Source of the DNA: a virus
Lineage: Duplodnaviria > Caudoviricetes
Direction: 5' to 3' (one strand)
IMG/VR virus record: IMGVR_UViG_3300028591_000109
Coordinates: 32,001 to 96,000 of that record
Length of the DNA: 64,000 nucleotides
The notes under the pieces are model-generated. The model saw nothing but the letters and a program-made list of their open reading frames with translations, did not search any database and had not been told where the DNA came from. The first letter of the stretch is position 1. Each line of letters starts with the position of its first letter. Below are positions 50,460 to 60,015 of the stretch, one piece after another. Position numbers and translations under genes: made by a program.

Positions 50460-51353
50460 TTACTGGACCGGCCGAACCGGGAAACCGCAGTACCGATCGT
50501 ACGCGCCCTGCGGGCGGACACCATTGGGATAGAAGTACAGGCCCCGGGCGTGGCGAGCCGAATCGAACGTCGACGACCAGAAGTAGCCACTGCCCGTGCG
50601 ATTGACCCACGAACGGCCATAGCCGAGACCGGACGCCGGAAAGAAAAGAAGATTACCGTTGATCTTCGAGCGCAGATAGAGACCGTTGATGCCGTTCACC
50701 GTCACGCGCTTGTCGGCAGCCTTCTTGGCGATGCTGGTCTCTGCCGTCACCACGTTGCCGTCGGCGTCGATGTAGTCGATATTGGCGAACAGCTCCGCGA
50801 AGTCTTCATTGCTTGGCATGCGCCAGGGGGCACCGAGGCAGGCGCGGGCGGCGTCCATCGAGGGAGGTATATTTCCCGTGAGCGTATTACCCGGCGTGTC
50901 GCCGTACACCTGTCCGTCGTACCACGGCTCTGCGGAGTTCACGCTGCCCCAGTTGTAGTCAAAGGCTGATGTGCTGCTGGGATTGTGTCCGTCGGTGTTG
51001 CCCCACGAGAAGAATGAGCACTCGTACTTGAAGGGCGATACTGCGCCGTCCACCTCCTGGAATTTCGACGCCGTGGCGAGGTCGATGGAGGCCTTGGCCC
51101 AGAGCACGCCGGAGGGCAGGCCCATGTCTACGAAGAGGTCGGTATCGACGTAGGGCTTCTGGTATTCCAGGATGTCGCTGAGTTTCTTGCCCGTCTTCAG
51201 GTCAATAACGGCATCCGTCGAGAGGGGCGTCTTGTTGGCGGGCGTACCGTCGTCGTTGAAGAGCATCACCTGTTGAGTTTTGCCGGCGGTGGTGGCTGCC
51301 GTGAGGCCGCTCTGCACGGCCTTCAGGGCGTTAAGTTTGGTAATTGTTTCCAT
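50460..51353 (-). CDS. DGR target protein B (CLec-fold, DLGLPSG-type) with C-terminal variable repeat
   Basis: VDMGLPSGVLWA, WRMPS, FFPASG, YFWSST, GFPVRPV; variable codons at 50487-50627. Confidence 0.88.
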   Translation of the reverse strand: METITKLNALKAVQSGLTAATTAGKTQQVMLFNDDGTPANKTPLSTDAVIDLKTGKKLSDILEYQKPYVDTDLFVDMGLPSGVLWAKASIDLATASKFQEVDGAVSPFKYECSFFSWGNTDGHNPSSTSAFDYNWGSVNSAEPWYDGQVYGDTPGNTLTGNIPPSMDAARACLGAPWRMPSNEDFAELFANIDYIDADGNVVTAETSIAKKAADKRVTVNGINGLYLRSKINGNLLFFPASGLGYGRSWVNRTGSGYFWSSTFDSARHARGLYFYPNGVRPQGAYDRYCGFPVRPVQ

Positions 51354-51433
51354 TGCTGTGTTGTATTGTTTCGTTGTTTACTGTTTCTTTTACAAAGAAG
51401 ATTGCGGCGGTGCCGTCGACGGCATCCCGTCGG

Positions 51434-51883
51434 CTATGCGCTGACCACCACCGTGCGGATCATCAGTTCGGCCACGGCCTGCAGCAGCTGCTGGCGGGTG
51501 TACTGCTGCCCGTTGGCAGTGTATGTCTCGCCCTCTAATGCCGTTATCCGTGCGTTGAGTTGGCTGACCCAGTACTCTATGCTTGCGTCGGTGAATATCT
51601 CCCACCCCTCATTGGGCGCCGGGTCGGTGACGACGAACGAGCGCTTACCGTTGACGATGTTCACCACGAACTGGCCGTTCTGCACCGTCAGCGTGCAGGG
51701 CAGGTTCTGCGTAGCGGCGGTGGCGCGGTAGAGCACGCCGTTGATGCCTACAACGGCGTTATTCGGGAACGTCGATGCAGGCGTGAGCGTCGAGATGTCC
51801 ACAGGCAGCAATGCCCCTGCCTCATAAGCCATCTGCAGCTGCCCGAGGTTGACGGCCTTTTCAAGAGTGTTATTGCTTGGCAT
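51434..51883 (-). CDS. tail-associated hypothetical protein, paralog of 52965..53411
   Basis: Near-identical first ~55 codons and similar C-terminus. Confidence 0.8.
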   Translation of the reverse strand: MPSNNTLEKAVNLGQLQMAYEAGALLPVDISTLTPASTFPNNAVVGINGVLYRATAATQNLPCTLTVQNGQFVVNIVNGKRSFVVTDPAPNEGWEIFTDASIEYWVSQLNARITALEGETYTANGQQYTRQQLLQAVAELMIRTVVVSA

Positions 51884-51908
51884 ATTCTTGTTTTATTTTT
51901 CTATTGGT

Positions 51909-51980
51909 TTCCTTCGTCCGCCCCACTGCTGCTGTGCCGCGCTGGGGCGCGGCGGTGCAGCAGTGAAGCGCACGAAGGAA
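51909..51980 (-). repeat. long hairpin downstream of DGR target A
   Basis: Identical to 50371-50442. Confidence 0.8.
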
Positions 51981-51997
51981 TGGTTCGGGCGGAAGTA

Positions 51998-52903
51998 TTA
52001 CTGGACCGGCCGAACCGGGAAACCGTTGGACCGATTGATCGCGTACTGCGGGTTGACACCACCGGGATAGAAGTTCAGGCTCCGGGCGAGGCGAGCCGAA
52101 CTGAACGTCGACGACCAGAAGTAGCCATTGCCCGTGCGATTGGTCCACGAACGGCCATTGCCGAAACCGGACGCCGGAAAGAAAAGAAGATTACCGTTGA
52201 TCTTCGAGCGCAGGTAGAGGCCGTTGATGCCGTTCACCGTCACGCGCTTGTCGGCAGCCGTCTTGGCGATGCTGGTCTCTGCCGTCACCACGTTGCCGTC
52301 GGCGTCGATGTAGTCGATATTGGCGAACAGCTCCGTGAAGTCCTCATTGCTCGGCATGCGCCAGGGCGCACCGAGGCAGGCGCGGGCGGCGTCCATCGAG
52401 GGCGGAATGTTGCCCGTGAGCGTATTACCCGGCGTGTCGCCGTACACCTGTCCGTCGTAGTAGGGCTCCTGCTCGTTCACGCCGCCCCAGTTGTAATCAA
52501 AAGCGGATGTACTGCTGGGATTGTGTCCGTCGGTGTTGCCCCAAGAGAAGAATGAGCACTCGTACTTGAAGGGCGATACTGCGCCGTCCACCTCCTGGAA
52601 TTTCGACGTCGTGGTGAGGTCGATGGAGGCCTTGGCCCAGAGCACGCCGGAGGGCAGGCCCATGTCTACGAAGAGGTCGCTGTCGACGTATGGCTTCTGG
52701 TATTCCAGGATGTCGCTGAGTTTCTTGCCCGTCTTCAGGTCGATGACGGCATCGGTCGAGAGGGGCGTCTTGCCGTTAGGTGCTCCGTCGGGTCCGAAGA
52801 GCATCTGTGTCTGTGTCTTCAACGCCGTGTCTTGCGCCGTGAGTCCGCTCTGCACGGTCTTCAGCGCTTGTTGAATGGTTACTGTTCCAACATTGTCTGC
52901 CAT
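51998..52903 (-). CDS. DGR target protein A with C-terminal variable repeat
   Basis: Paralog of 50460..51353; variable codons at 52025-52165. Confidence 0.88.
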   Translation of the reverse strand: MADNVGTVTIQQALKTVQSGLTAQDTALKTQTQMLFGPDGAPNGKTPLSTDAVIDLKTGKKLSDILEYQKPYVDSDLFVDMGLPSGVLWAKASIDLTTTSKFQEVDGAVSPFKYECSFFSWGNTDGHNPSSTSAFDYNWGGVNEQEPYYDGQVYGDTPGNTLTGNIPPSMDAARACLGAPWRMPSNEDFTELFANIDYIDADGNVVTAETSIAKTAADKRVTVNGINGLYLRSKINGNLLFFPASGFGNGRSWTNRTGNGYFWSSTFSSARLARSLNFYPGGVNPQYAINRSNGFPVRPVQ

Positions 52904-52964
52904 AATTGTATTGCTTTTTTGTTTTCGTTATTACGTTATATCGTTATTTCATGAGCCACAATGG

Positions 52965-53411
52965 TCACTGCGTGACAATGGTTTTATCCATCAGCTCGGC
53001 CACGGCCTGCAGTAACTGTCGGCGCGTATATTGTTTTCCGTTGGCGGTGTAGGTCTCGGTCTCCAGTGCCGAGATTCTTTGGTCGGCCAGCGAGTAGGCG
53101 TAGGCCATGCCCGCGTCCATCCACACCTCCCAGTCGGCGTTGACGGTCATGTCCTGCACGACGAAGGCCTGCTGTCCGTTCACCTCATGGGTGACGAACT
53201 TGCCGTCGCTCACCACCATCGTCAGCGGCATCGAGGCCGTGGCCCGCTTGGCGCGGTAGAGCACGCCGCCGATGCCGATGACGGCGTTCTTCGGGAACGT
53301 CGATGCAGGCGTGAGCGTCGAGATGTCTACGGGCAGCAATGCCCCCGCCTCATAAGCCATCTGCAGCTGCCCGAGGTTGACGGCCTTTTTAAGAGTGTTA
53401 TTGCTTGGCAT
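52965..53411 (-). CDS. tail-associated hypothetical protein, paralog of 51434..51883
   Basis: MPSNNTL.KAVNLGQLQMAYEAG shared start. Confidence 0.8.
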   Translation of the reverse strand: MPSNNTLKKAVNLGQLQMAYEAGALLPVDISTLTPASTFPKNAVIGIGGVLYRAKRATASMPLTMVVSDGKFVTHEVNGQQAFVVQDMTVNADWEVWMDAGMAYAYSLADQRISALETETYTANGKQYTRRQLLQAVAELMDKTIVTQ

Positions 53412-53483
53412 ATTCTTGTTTTGCTGTTAAGGGTGAAGAAAGGAGAGTCCGGACTTTCCGGGCTCTCCGTGAGCGGAGGAGGT

Positions 53484-54056
53484 TTACTCGCCTGCGGGCA
53501 GTCCGAGGGCGGTGCGCACCTCGGCGTCGGTGGCGAACTCGCCCACGATGTAGCCGGCCTCAGAGTGGTTGCCCCAGCCGTAGGCAGTGTCGGCGTTTGT
53601 CAGCGTGGTCTGCACGCCGCTCACCAGCTTGGCCTTGGTGATGGTGCCGTCGGTGGCGGTCACGGTCACCTCGTGGGTCGTCGGGTCGATGTTCACGACG
53701 AACATGTCGCCCGTCTGCGAGCCGCTGGTGACGTACTCGATCAGGCCCGAAACGTCAACATACTGATACTCGGCAGTGTCGCCCGTGGGGGCTACGTTCA
53801 CCTTCAGGAAGGTGCCGGGGGTGCCCTCGCCGTCAGCGGCCACGATGCCGATGATGTTGTTAACGTAGTCCTTCGGAATGTTGATGGTTCCGATGGTCAC
53901 GCCACCCTTCTTGATGATGGTACTTGACAGGACACCCTCGCCCGGAGTACCGGCTTCGATGGTGATGTCCTTTGCTGCGCCTGCAGCGTCGATGGCCTGC
54001 TTGATGAGGGCCAGGTGCGCCATGTTAAGGGCACTGTTAGCATTGGTCTTTGCCAT
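53484..54056 (-). CDS. putative virion structural protein
   Basis: Thr/Gly-rich, GTINIPKD and VDVSGLIEYVTSG motifs, high codon bias. Confidence 0.65.
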   Translation of the reverse strand: MAKTNANSALNMAHLALIKQAIDAAGAAKDITIEAGTPGEGVLSSTIIKKGGVTIGTINIPKDYVNNIIGIVAADGEGTPGTFLKVNVAPTGDTAEYQYVDVSGLIEYVTSGSQTGDMFVVNIDPTTHEVTVTATDGTITKAKLVSGVQTTLTNADTAYGWGNHSEAGYIVGEFATDAEVRTALGLPAGE

Positions 54057-54148
54057 GTTGTTAAACTGTTTGTGTTGGTTAAAAAATTAAGTGAACTTTA
54101 TACTGTCTGGCTGCTGTGATACAGCAGCCTACTGAACAGCCTTTAGCG

Positions 54149-54466
54149 TCAGAGGCCGAGAACAGCCTTCACGTCGTCGTCGGTGGCGAAGTGGTTCTCC
54201 ATTGCCTCGCGGGCCTCGGGCGAGAGGTCCTGCAGCCCGAGGGAGTCGTCTTCTACGGACTGGCTGTTGACTTTGCCGGTGGCTATCTTGCCGTCGGGCG
54301 TCACGATGTCAACGGTGACACCGCCGTCGGCGGGCATTTGAAGTGTGCGCTGGTGTACGCGGATGTGTCGGAGTACGTTCGTGCCGTCCTCCAGCGTCTC
54401 GTAATACAGGTGAAGCTGCTGTGCGATGACATGCTTCAGTTTCGTTAGGTCTGTTGTTGTTGCCAT
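54149..54466 (-). CDS. hypothetical protein
   Basis: First gene after promoter copy 8; C-terminus FATDDDVKAVLGL resembles that of 53484..54056. Confidence 0.65.
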   Translation of the reverse strand: MATTTDLTKLKHVIAQQLHLYYETLEDGTNVLRHIRVHQRTLQMPADGGVTVDIVTPDGKIATGKVNSQSVEDDSLGLQDLSPEAREAMENHFATDDDVKAVLGL

Positions 54467-54494
54467 GATGTCTGTCTTTTGTTATGTTGTCGGC

Positions 54495-54527
54495 AATATA
54501 ATGAGAGGCACGACAAGGGTCAAGGGC
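54495..54527 (-). promoter_or_regulatory. phage-specific promoter motif copy 8
   Basis: GCCCTTGA-N19-TATATT heading the DGR-target unit. Confidence 0.8.
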
Positions 54528-54564
54528 AGCGGGAAAAACCACGCAATCAGTGCAGCATGAAATC

Positions 54565-55719
54565 TCATGAAGTGCCCAACTTAACCCAGTAATAATTGCG
54601 ACCTTCCTTGTACGACATGAGTCTATAGCTGCCGCCGTTGTGTTCATAGTTCCCGTTAAGCGTAAGCTGGTCAGATATAGATATACTCTGTGCAAAGTTC
54701 CCCTTCATACATGACGCATTGTCACATTGTCGTACATATAGACTGCCGACATAAAGTTGAGAGGATGGCTGCGTATATCGGGTGTCGACGATTTCAACGA
54801 TTTTGCCCTCGTAGTCCTGTGCCCTCGGCAAAGTCACGGTTATGTCATCGGTGTCAGTCCCGGTAGCCTTGATGACAACAATATCTGCTGCGCCTGTACA
54901 CTTCACCATAGGTTCACCTATCCCAACATTTTCGCTGGATAGCTGGCGGGCTTCTTCTTCCGTATAGTAGCCTCCGTAGGTAAAGTTGCCTATCCAGGGT
55001 TCTTCGCTGTACTCATCCAAAAAGTCGTTGTTACAGAATCCGACGGTGTAACTGCCCGAGATAGCTACCGAATGAAAGAAGTTCGTCGCCCTTACCACTC
55101 CTCTGAACTCACCGCTTGTTGCATGAATCTCGCCCTTGACATACGCATCGTTCTGGTACGTCTTGCCCGTCAGTCCATCCACTGCGAAGTTCGGAGCGAA
55201 CTTATACCCCGACTGAGGATTCGTGCTGACCGTCGGGTCGGACGGGTCGAACCATGCGTAGGGAATTTTTCCGCCGTACTGCAGGCTGACATTGTCGGCG
55301 TTGACGGTAATTCTCGTGCCGCTGCTGTCGACGAGCGTGCCATACTGTGAAATCATCCAGTCGCCGTTGATGATGAACGAGCCGAAGTGGGCATAGGGGC
55401 CGAAGAAGGCCTGGGCGATGTAGTACTGCATGGTGGACTGCATGAGCGTCCACGGCTTCGTGCCCTGCCCGCTCACGGGGTTGTAATTCGTGGCGGGGTC
55501 TTCGTTTTTGCTTTCACCTGTCTCGACGCCCTTAGTGCCGAAGTCGAGCATATAGAAACTGTCGCCGCGCTTTACGAAGGGTGCCTGCGTCTCCTGCATG
55601 GTGTATGTTGCGTCAGACGCCCATTCGTCAGCATAGTAATACCAGCGACCTACGTGGCCTGCTTTGCCGTCCTTCACCGCAGAGATTGTAAACGATGCGC
55701 TACTGACTCTTTTCTCCAT
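54565..55719 (-). CDS. tail fibre/tip-like protein
   Basis: A.FGSFIINGDWMISQYG, FAPNFAVDGLTG, VKGEIHATSGEF beta-repeat motifs; lower-GC C-terminus. Confidence 0.65.
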   Translation of the reverse strand: MEKRVSSASFTISAVKDGKAGHVGRWYYYADEWASDATYTMQETQAPFVKRGDSFYMLDFGTKGVETGESKNEDPATNYNPVSGQGTKPWTLMQSTMQYYIAQAFFGPYAHFGSFIINGDWMISQYGTLVDSSGTRITVNADNVSLQYGGKIPYAWFDPSDPTVSTNPQSGYKFAPNFAVDGLTGKTYQNDAYVKGEIHATSGEFRGVVRATNFFHSVAISGSYTVGFCNNDFLDEYSEEPWIGNFTYGGYYTEEEARQLSSENVGIGEPMVKCTGAADIVVIKATGTDTDDITVTLPRAQDYEGKIVEIVDTRYTQPSSQLYVGSLYVRQCDNASCMKGNFAQSISISDQLTLNGNYEHNGGSYRLMSYKEGRNYYWVKLGTS

Positions 55720-55733
55720 GATACACAGATGCC

Positions 55734-56954
55734 TTAGGGATTGAAAATATCGTAAGTTGCTGCCAGCATCACACCGCTGCCGTCGTCGCCGAGCGTTGTC
55801 GTCAGGTAGTCGTAGCCAACAACTATCTGGCCGCCGGTCACGCTGCCATCCACACCAGGCACGCTGACGCTTTTAGTCACCTCCCACAGCCCCTTGTAGT
55901 CGCCGCTCTGCTGTGGCTGCTGGCCGGCCATAGGCGAGCCGGTGGAGGTGATAACCTTGTTCTCGAAGTCGTAGAGACGGCAGTAGAAATGCGTGTAGCG
56001 TGTGTCTATCGTGGTTGTGCTGGTGGTCTTACCCATCCATCCGGTGATGGTGACGCTCTGACCCTCGCGCAGGAAGATACCGCCCTTGTTGAGTGACGAA
56101 GTGTTGTCGGTGATGACAGAGTTGACGTACATCTTCTCTTCATCGGTCTCGTCGTCAATCTCCCAGAAGGCCGATGCCTGCACGGCGGCGCTTGCGCTGG
56201 ATGGGTTCTCGGTGTAGAAGTCGCAGCGCAGCACGATATTGTCGGTGATGGCCGTGTCGGCGATGCTGAACCTCGCCACCCGCTCGCCGCTAACTGTCTC
56301 GGATGCGATGGTAGAGCCAATCTGCTGACCCGTACCCTCGTCGTACCACTTGGTCCAGAACTGGTCGTTCACCTGCGACGTGCCCACGTAGAGCCTTCCC
56401 TCGACTCTGGCCGTCGGCTGCGCACTCGTCACCATCACGTCGCCGCTCAGCTGTCCATAGTACCCGCTGGCCGACAACTCGGAAACTCTGACGGGCAAGG
56501 CGATGCTGAACGGCAGCTGCGCACCGCTGAGCTCCACCGAACCCGTCATCTCGATGATGTCGTTGTCGGTATTGCTGATGGTGGCGATGTTCTTCATAAT
56601 GTTGATGGCCGGGAAGGATACGGTGCCAACCGTCTTCGTGGTCTTCTGGAAATAGCCCTCGTAGCCGTCGGTCGCACAAAGGCCGTTGGAGTCGAACGTC
56701 AGCGCTACGCCGTTGTATTTCCAGGTGTATGTGGCTGCGGCTCTCTTTTTGCCGCCGAGGTCGGTCTCCACCCACACCTGCGGGTGGGTCGTCGCCCAGT
56801 TAGGCACGCACTCGCCCGACTGCTTGTTAATACGCTGCGCCAGCGTGGTGTTGCTGCGCATGATGGCGTTGACGGTCTGTCCGTCGTGGATAGCCGTTAT
56901 CGTGAATCGGTTACTTACAAGTCCCATATCTCGTTCCTCCTTATTTCTTGTCAT
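55734..56954 (-). CDS. tail protein
   Basis: Beta-rich ~400-aa ORF in the tail operon. Confidence 0.65.
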   Translation of the reverse strand: MTRNKEERDMGLVSNRFTITAIHDGQTVNAIMRSNTTLAQRINKQSGECVPNWATTHPQVWVETDLGGKKRAAATYTWKYNGVALTFDSNGLCATDGYEGYFQKTTKTVGTVSFPAINIMKNIATISNTDNDIIEMTGSVELSGAQLPFSIALPVRVSELSASGYYGQLSGDVMVTSAQPTARVEGRLYVGTSQVNDQFWTKWYDEGTGQQIGSTIASETVSGERVARFSIADTAITDNIVLRCDFYTENPSSASAAVQASAFWEIDDETDEEKMYVNSVITDNTSSLNKGGIFLREGQSVTITGWMGKTTSTTTIDTRYTHFYCRLYDFENKVITSTGSPMAGQQPQQSGDYKGLWEVTKSVSVPGVDGSVTGGQIVVGYDYLTTTLGDDGSGVMLAATYDIFNP

Positions 56955-57192
56955 TACCTGCCTCGCCGTACTGGTAGCCGTTCTCAGCTATCAGCCGCTC
57001 GGCCTCCTGCTCACTGATCAGCTCGACGTCGAGCCCGCTGACGTACTCCTCGGGTTTCATCTGCATGCGCACACCGCGCAGCGCCTTCTCGCTGAGGATG
57101 AACCGCCCGTCCTTTGTCCTGTAACTGGTGTCTATCGCGCCGGCTCTGCGGGCCACGTCGGCGCTGGCCAGGAATGTTCCTTCTGCTCTCAT
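56941..57192 (-). CDS. small hypothetical protein
   Basis: 83-aa ORF within the tail operon. Confidence 0.7.
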   Translation of the reverse strand: MRAEGTFLASADVARRAGAIDTSYRTKDGRFILSEKALRGVRMQMKPEEYVSGLDVELISEQEAERLIAENGYQYGEAGNDKK

Positions 57193-57219
57193 AGTCTATG
57201 TCGTTTTTTAATTGTTGTG

Positions 57220-58557
57220 TCACCATCTTGAAACCACGTAACGCCCATCGCTCGTTACGTATTTTCCCTCGCCGTCAACCACGAGCTTGTAGCAGCCCAG
57301 CAGCCAGATGTCAGGGTACACCTCCACGTTCTCGTAGCCCGTGCGGTAGAGGTCGGCATTGCTGATGCTTACCTCGCGTCCCCAGCCTACGACCGTCACC
57401 TCTGCCGAGTTCATGCCGTGACGCTTCCACTCCAGCCGGACATATTCGTCCACCACGTCGCCGCCGACATCTAAGCCGTCGGCCTGCACGATGGCGGCAA
57501 AGTCTTTCGTTCCGGCCAGCGTCTTTCCCTCGCGAACGACGGTGCCGCCCTTGCTGTAGGGCAGCGCGTCGATATTGGGCCATTGCCACACGGCGGCTAT
57601 ATGGTCGCGTGCGGGGGTGTTGGGTGCCGTGGGCTTGGTGTAATACTGCTTGCCGGTGTTGACCGTCGTGTCGGCAGTGAGCACATACGCTCCGTCCGCC
57701 TGCTCATAGTAGCCCTTGGCGTGCGGATTGCCCGTAGGGCTGTAGACGGCCTCGTAGTAGCCGATGGCGACGGCGATGTCCAGCTGGTCGGCGAAGTCCA
57801 TGTCGACGACGATGGTATCTGTGCCCTGCCCCTTGCCCGCCAGCTGGTTAGCATCACGGTAGAACAGGCACTCCAGCGTCTCGCCAATCAGCGTGTCGCC
57901 GGCATACCAGAAGAACACCACGCCAGTTGTCGCGTCCTCTTCGCCCAGTGCTGCCTTCGCTGACAGGCGGAACATACTGCCGTACTGCAGGGCGCCGCCG
58001 GCCAGCGGCGTGTCGCGCTTCTGCCAGATGGGGTTGAAGGTAAGCGTGCTCGGAGCCTGTATCTTTACGCTGTAGAACGCCTCCGGCTTGTTCTCCGCAG
58101 TCAGCAGCACAAGCTCCTCTTCGGTATAAGCCTGCTTGCGCAGGTTGTCGGGGCAGGTCACGCGGCAGGCTATCGTCACCGGCGCGTCGTAGTTCACGTT
58201 CTTGCGCACCACCAGCCTGCCTGTCAGGTTCCCCTCTGCGTCGCACTCCTTGTAATAGTCGTCGCTCGTGGTCACCGATGTTATTTCGGTGTATTCACCA
58301 TTGTTCACCAGATACCACTTCTGTTCGTAGCCCGACGTTACCGTCTCGCCGGTATCGGGGTCGGTGGCCTCGAAGTGAGGACGGAGAAACAGCGGGTGCA
58401 AGCGCCGGTTGGGAATCCACAGATCGTGGGGCACGTCCTGCGCCTGTGTCAGCGGACCTCCGTTCTCGCCCTCCTGAATGATGGAGAGCGTCGTGCTGAG
58501 CGGAGTCCTTGTCGTGGCGAACACCACGGGTACTGCTGTGTTGACAATTTTCTTCAT
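57220..58557 (-). CDS. tail protein
   Basis: 445-aa beta-rich ORF; carries a ~40-aa module shared with the capsid protein. Confidence 0.65.
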   Translation of the reverse strand: MKKIVNTAVPVVFATTRTPLSTTLSIIQEGENGGPLTQAQDVPHDLWIPNRRLHPLFLRPHFEATDPDTGETVTSGYEQKWYLVNNGEYTEITSVTTSDDYYKECDAEGNLTGRLVVRKNVNYDAPVTIACRVTCPDNLRKQAYTEEELVLLTAENKPEAFYSVKIQAPSTLTFNPIWQKRDTPLAGGALQYGSMFRLSAKAALGEEDATTGVVFFWYAGDTLIGETLECLFYRDANQLAGKGQGTDTIVVDMDFADQLDIAVAIGYYEAVYSPTGNPHAKGYYEQADGAYVLTADTTVNTGKQYYTKPTAPNTPARDHIAAVWQWPNIDALPYSKGGTVVREGKTLAGTKDFAAIVQADGLDVGGDVVDEYVRLEWKRHGMNSAEVTVVGWGREVSISNADLYRTGYENVEVYPDIWLLGCYKLVVDGEGKYVTSDGRYVVSRW

Positions 58558-59936
58558 ACTATTCTTATCGTGTTAATTATTTCTGCTTCTTCGCCGTCGA
58601 TGTCGGTAAACCTTGCGACACACTTGAACGACACCTTGCCGCTGCCTGTTTCCCACCCTTCCGGCAGGTCGGCATCTTTGACGTTGATGGTGCGCGTCAC
58701 GCTCTTCAGCGGCGACGTCGGGTCGTCGGGGACGGTACGGGCTGTATTCTTCCACGTCTCGTCGAGAGCACTGTTTCGGCTCTCGCGTGTCCACTGCCAT
58801 TCCGTCACCATGCTGCTGATGTCCTCCTGCGAGAAGAGCAGATAGGGGACAACCGTCTCGTCGATGTAGCCAGGCCGCACACTGATACCGCTCACTGGCA
58901 AAGGAGGGTCATCGTCAGAATAGAAGCCCAGCGAAATCGTTCCGCCGCTGACGTACCTCCATTCGTCAGAGCCGAACCACGGTTCCTGAGTGGTGCCGTC
59001 CGCTACGCATTCCCATAAGGCTCCCTTGTTCCACGCCCGGCTCGTCTCCAGCTCGTTCTCTTCCTCCCATCCCTTGCTCACGGTGGTCAGCTTCTCGTAC
59101 AAATCGGCGTCGGTCAGTGACGAGTTATCGCTGTCGAGCCGCTTGGCAATGAAACGGTGGCGCGTCAGGCTCTCGCGGTGGTAGGGCTCGGCTATGGGCT
59201 CGCCGTTGGTGAAGGTCAGAGGCTCCGTGCCCTCCCAGCCGAGTGCAGCAGCCACGGCGGCGGGCAGTGTGCCGTCGGGAGTGCGCGTCCCAGTGGGGCC
59301 TCGGTAGATGACGTGCGGTGTCTGTGCCCACGAGCCACGGTCGGTGATGACCGTGCGCACGGGGTTGTCGGGCAGGTCGTCGGGGTTCAGCCGCCACCGG
59401 TTGTTGTATTCCTCTGTACCCAGTATGCCGGTGTCGAGGTCTACGGTGCGCTGGTTGTTCTCGTCGGGTGCAGACACCGTGCCCATCTTTATCCACCAGT
59501 AGTCGGGATGGTCTACTACCTTAGGGAATCCGCGTTCATCATACTGCCCGGCAAGACCATCCTGCATGACATAGGAATACTTGTCGAACCATTGCCCCGC
59601 CAGCCCGTAAGGGTTGTCCGGGCCATACTGAGACTGCGCCGCAAAAACGAGGTAGGCGCTGCCATCGGTGACGTAAACCTCGCTTTTCTGAAGCCTGGCA
59701 TAAATGGTGTAAGGACCATTGCCGCAGTTCAGCCTTCGGTTGCGTCCGGTCAGCGTCCATTCGCGGAAAGAGTTGGTGTTTGGATTAATACCGAGCCGTT
59801 CGACGCCGGGAGCAAAGACCTTGATCTTTGTGCCACGCGACACATAGACTGCAAGGTCGTTGGCCGTGCCGTTGCAGTTTGGCACGATGCTGATGGCCGA
59901 CGGGGCTATGTAGTAGACAGGGGATGTACGAGCCAT
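58554..59936 (-). CDS. tail protein
   Basis: C-terminal WECVADGTTQEP....W and W.WTRES....DETW motifs typical of Bacteroidetes phage tails. Confidence 0.65.
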   Translation of the reverse strand: MARTSPVYYIAPSAISIVPNCNGTANDLAVYVSRGTKIKVFAPGVERLGINPNTNSFREWTLTGRNRRLNCGNGPYTIYARLQKSEVYVTDGSAYLVFAAQSQYGPDNPYGLAGQWFDKYSYVMQDGLAGQYDERGFPKVVDHPDYWWIKMGTVSAPDENNQRTVDLDTGILGTEEYNNRWRLNPDDLPDNPVRTVITDRGSWAQTPHVIYRGPTGTRTPDGTLPAAVAAALGWEGTEPLTFTNGEPIAEPYHRESLTRHRFIAKRLDSDNSSLTDADLYEKLTTVSKGWEEENELETSRAWNKGALWECVADGTTQEPWFGSDEWRYVSGGTISLGFYSDDDPPLPVSGISVRPGYIDETVVPYLLFSQEDISSMVTEWQWTRESRNSALDETWKNTARTVPDDPTSPLKSVTRTINVKDADLPEGWETGSGKVSFKCVARFTDIDGEEAEIINTIRIV

Positions 59937-59965
59937 TGATTGTTATATCGCCTTTTGTTTCGCAC

Positions 59966-59998
59966 ATTATATATATAATGCGGATGAAGGTCAAGGGC
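59966..59998 (-). promoter_or_regulatory. phage-specific promoter motif copy 9
   Basis: GCCCTTGA-N19-TATAAT. Confidence 0.8.
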
Positions 59999-60015
59999 AG
60001 GATTTCTATTCCGAG

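Noticed and set aside
50460-52200. One of the two repeats being the DGR template repeat
   Set aside because: Both are in-frame gene ends, and both carry non-A bases at variable positions
55132-55164. Extra GCCCTTGA
   Set aside because: Inside a gene, antisense, and followed at N19 by CGTCTT rather than a TATAAT-like hexamer
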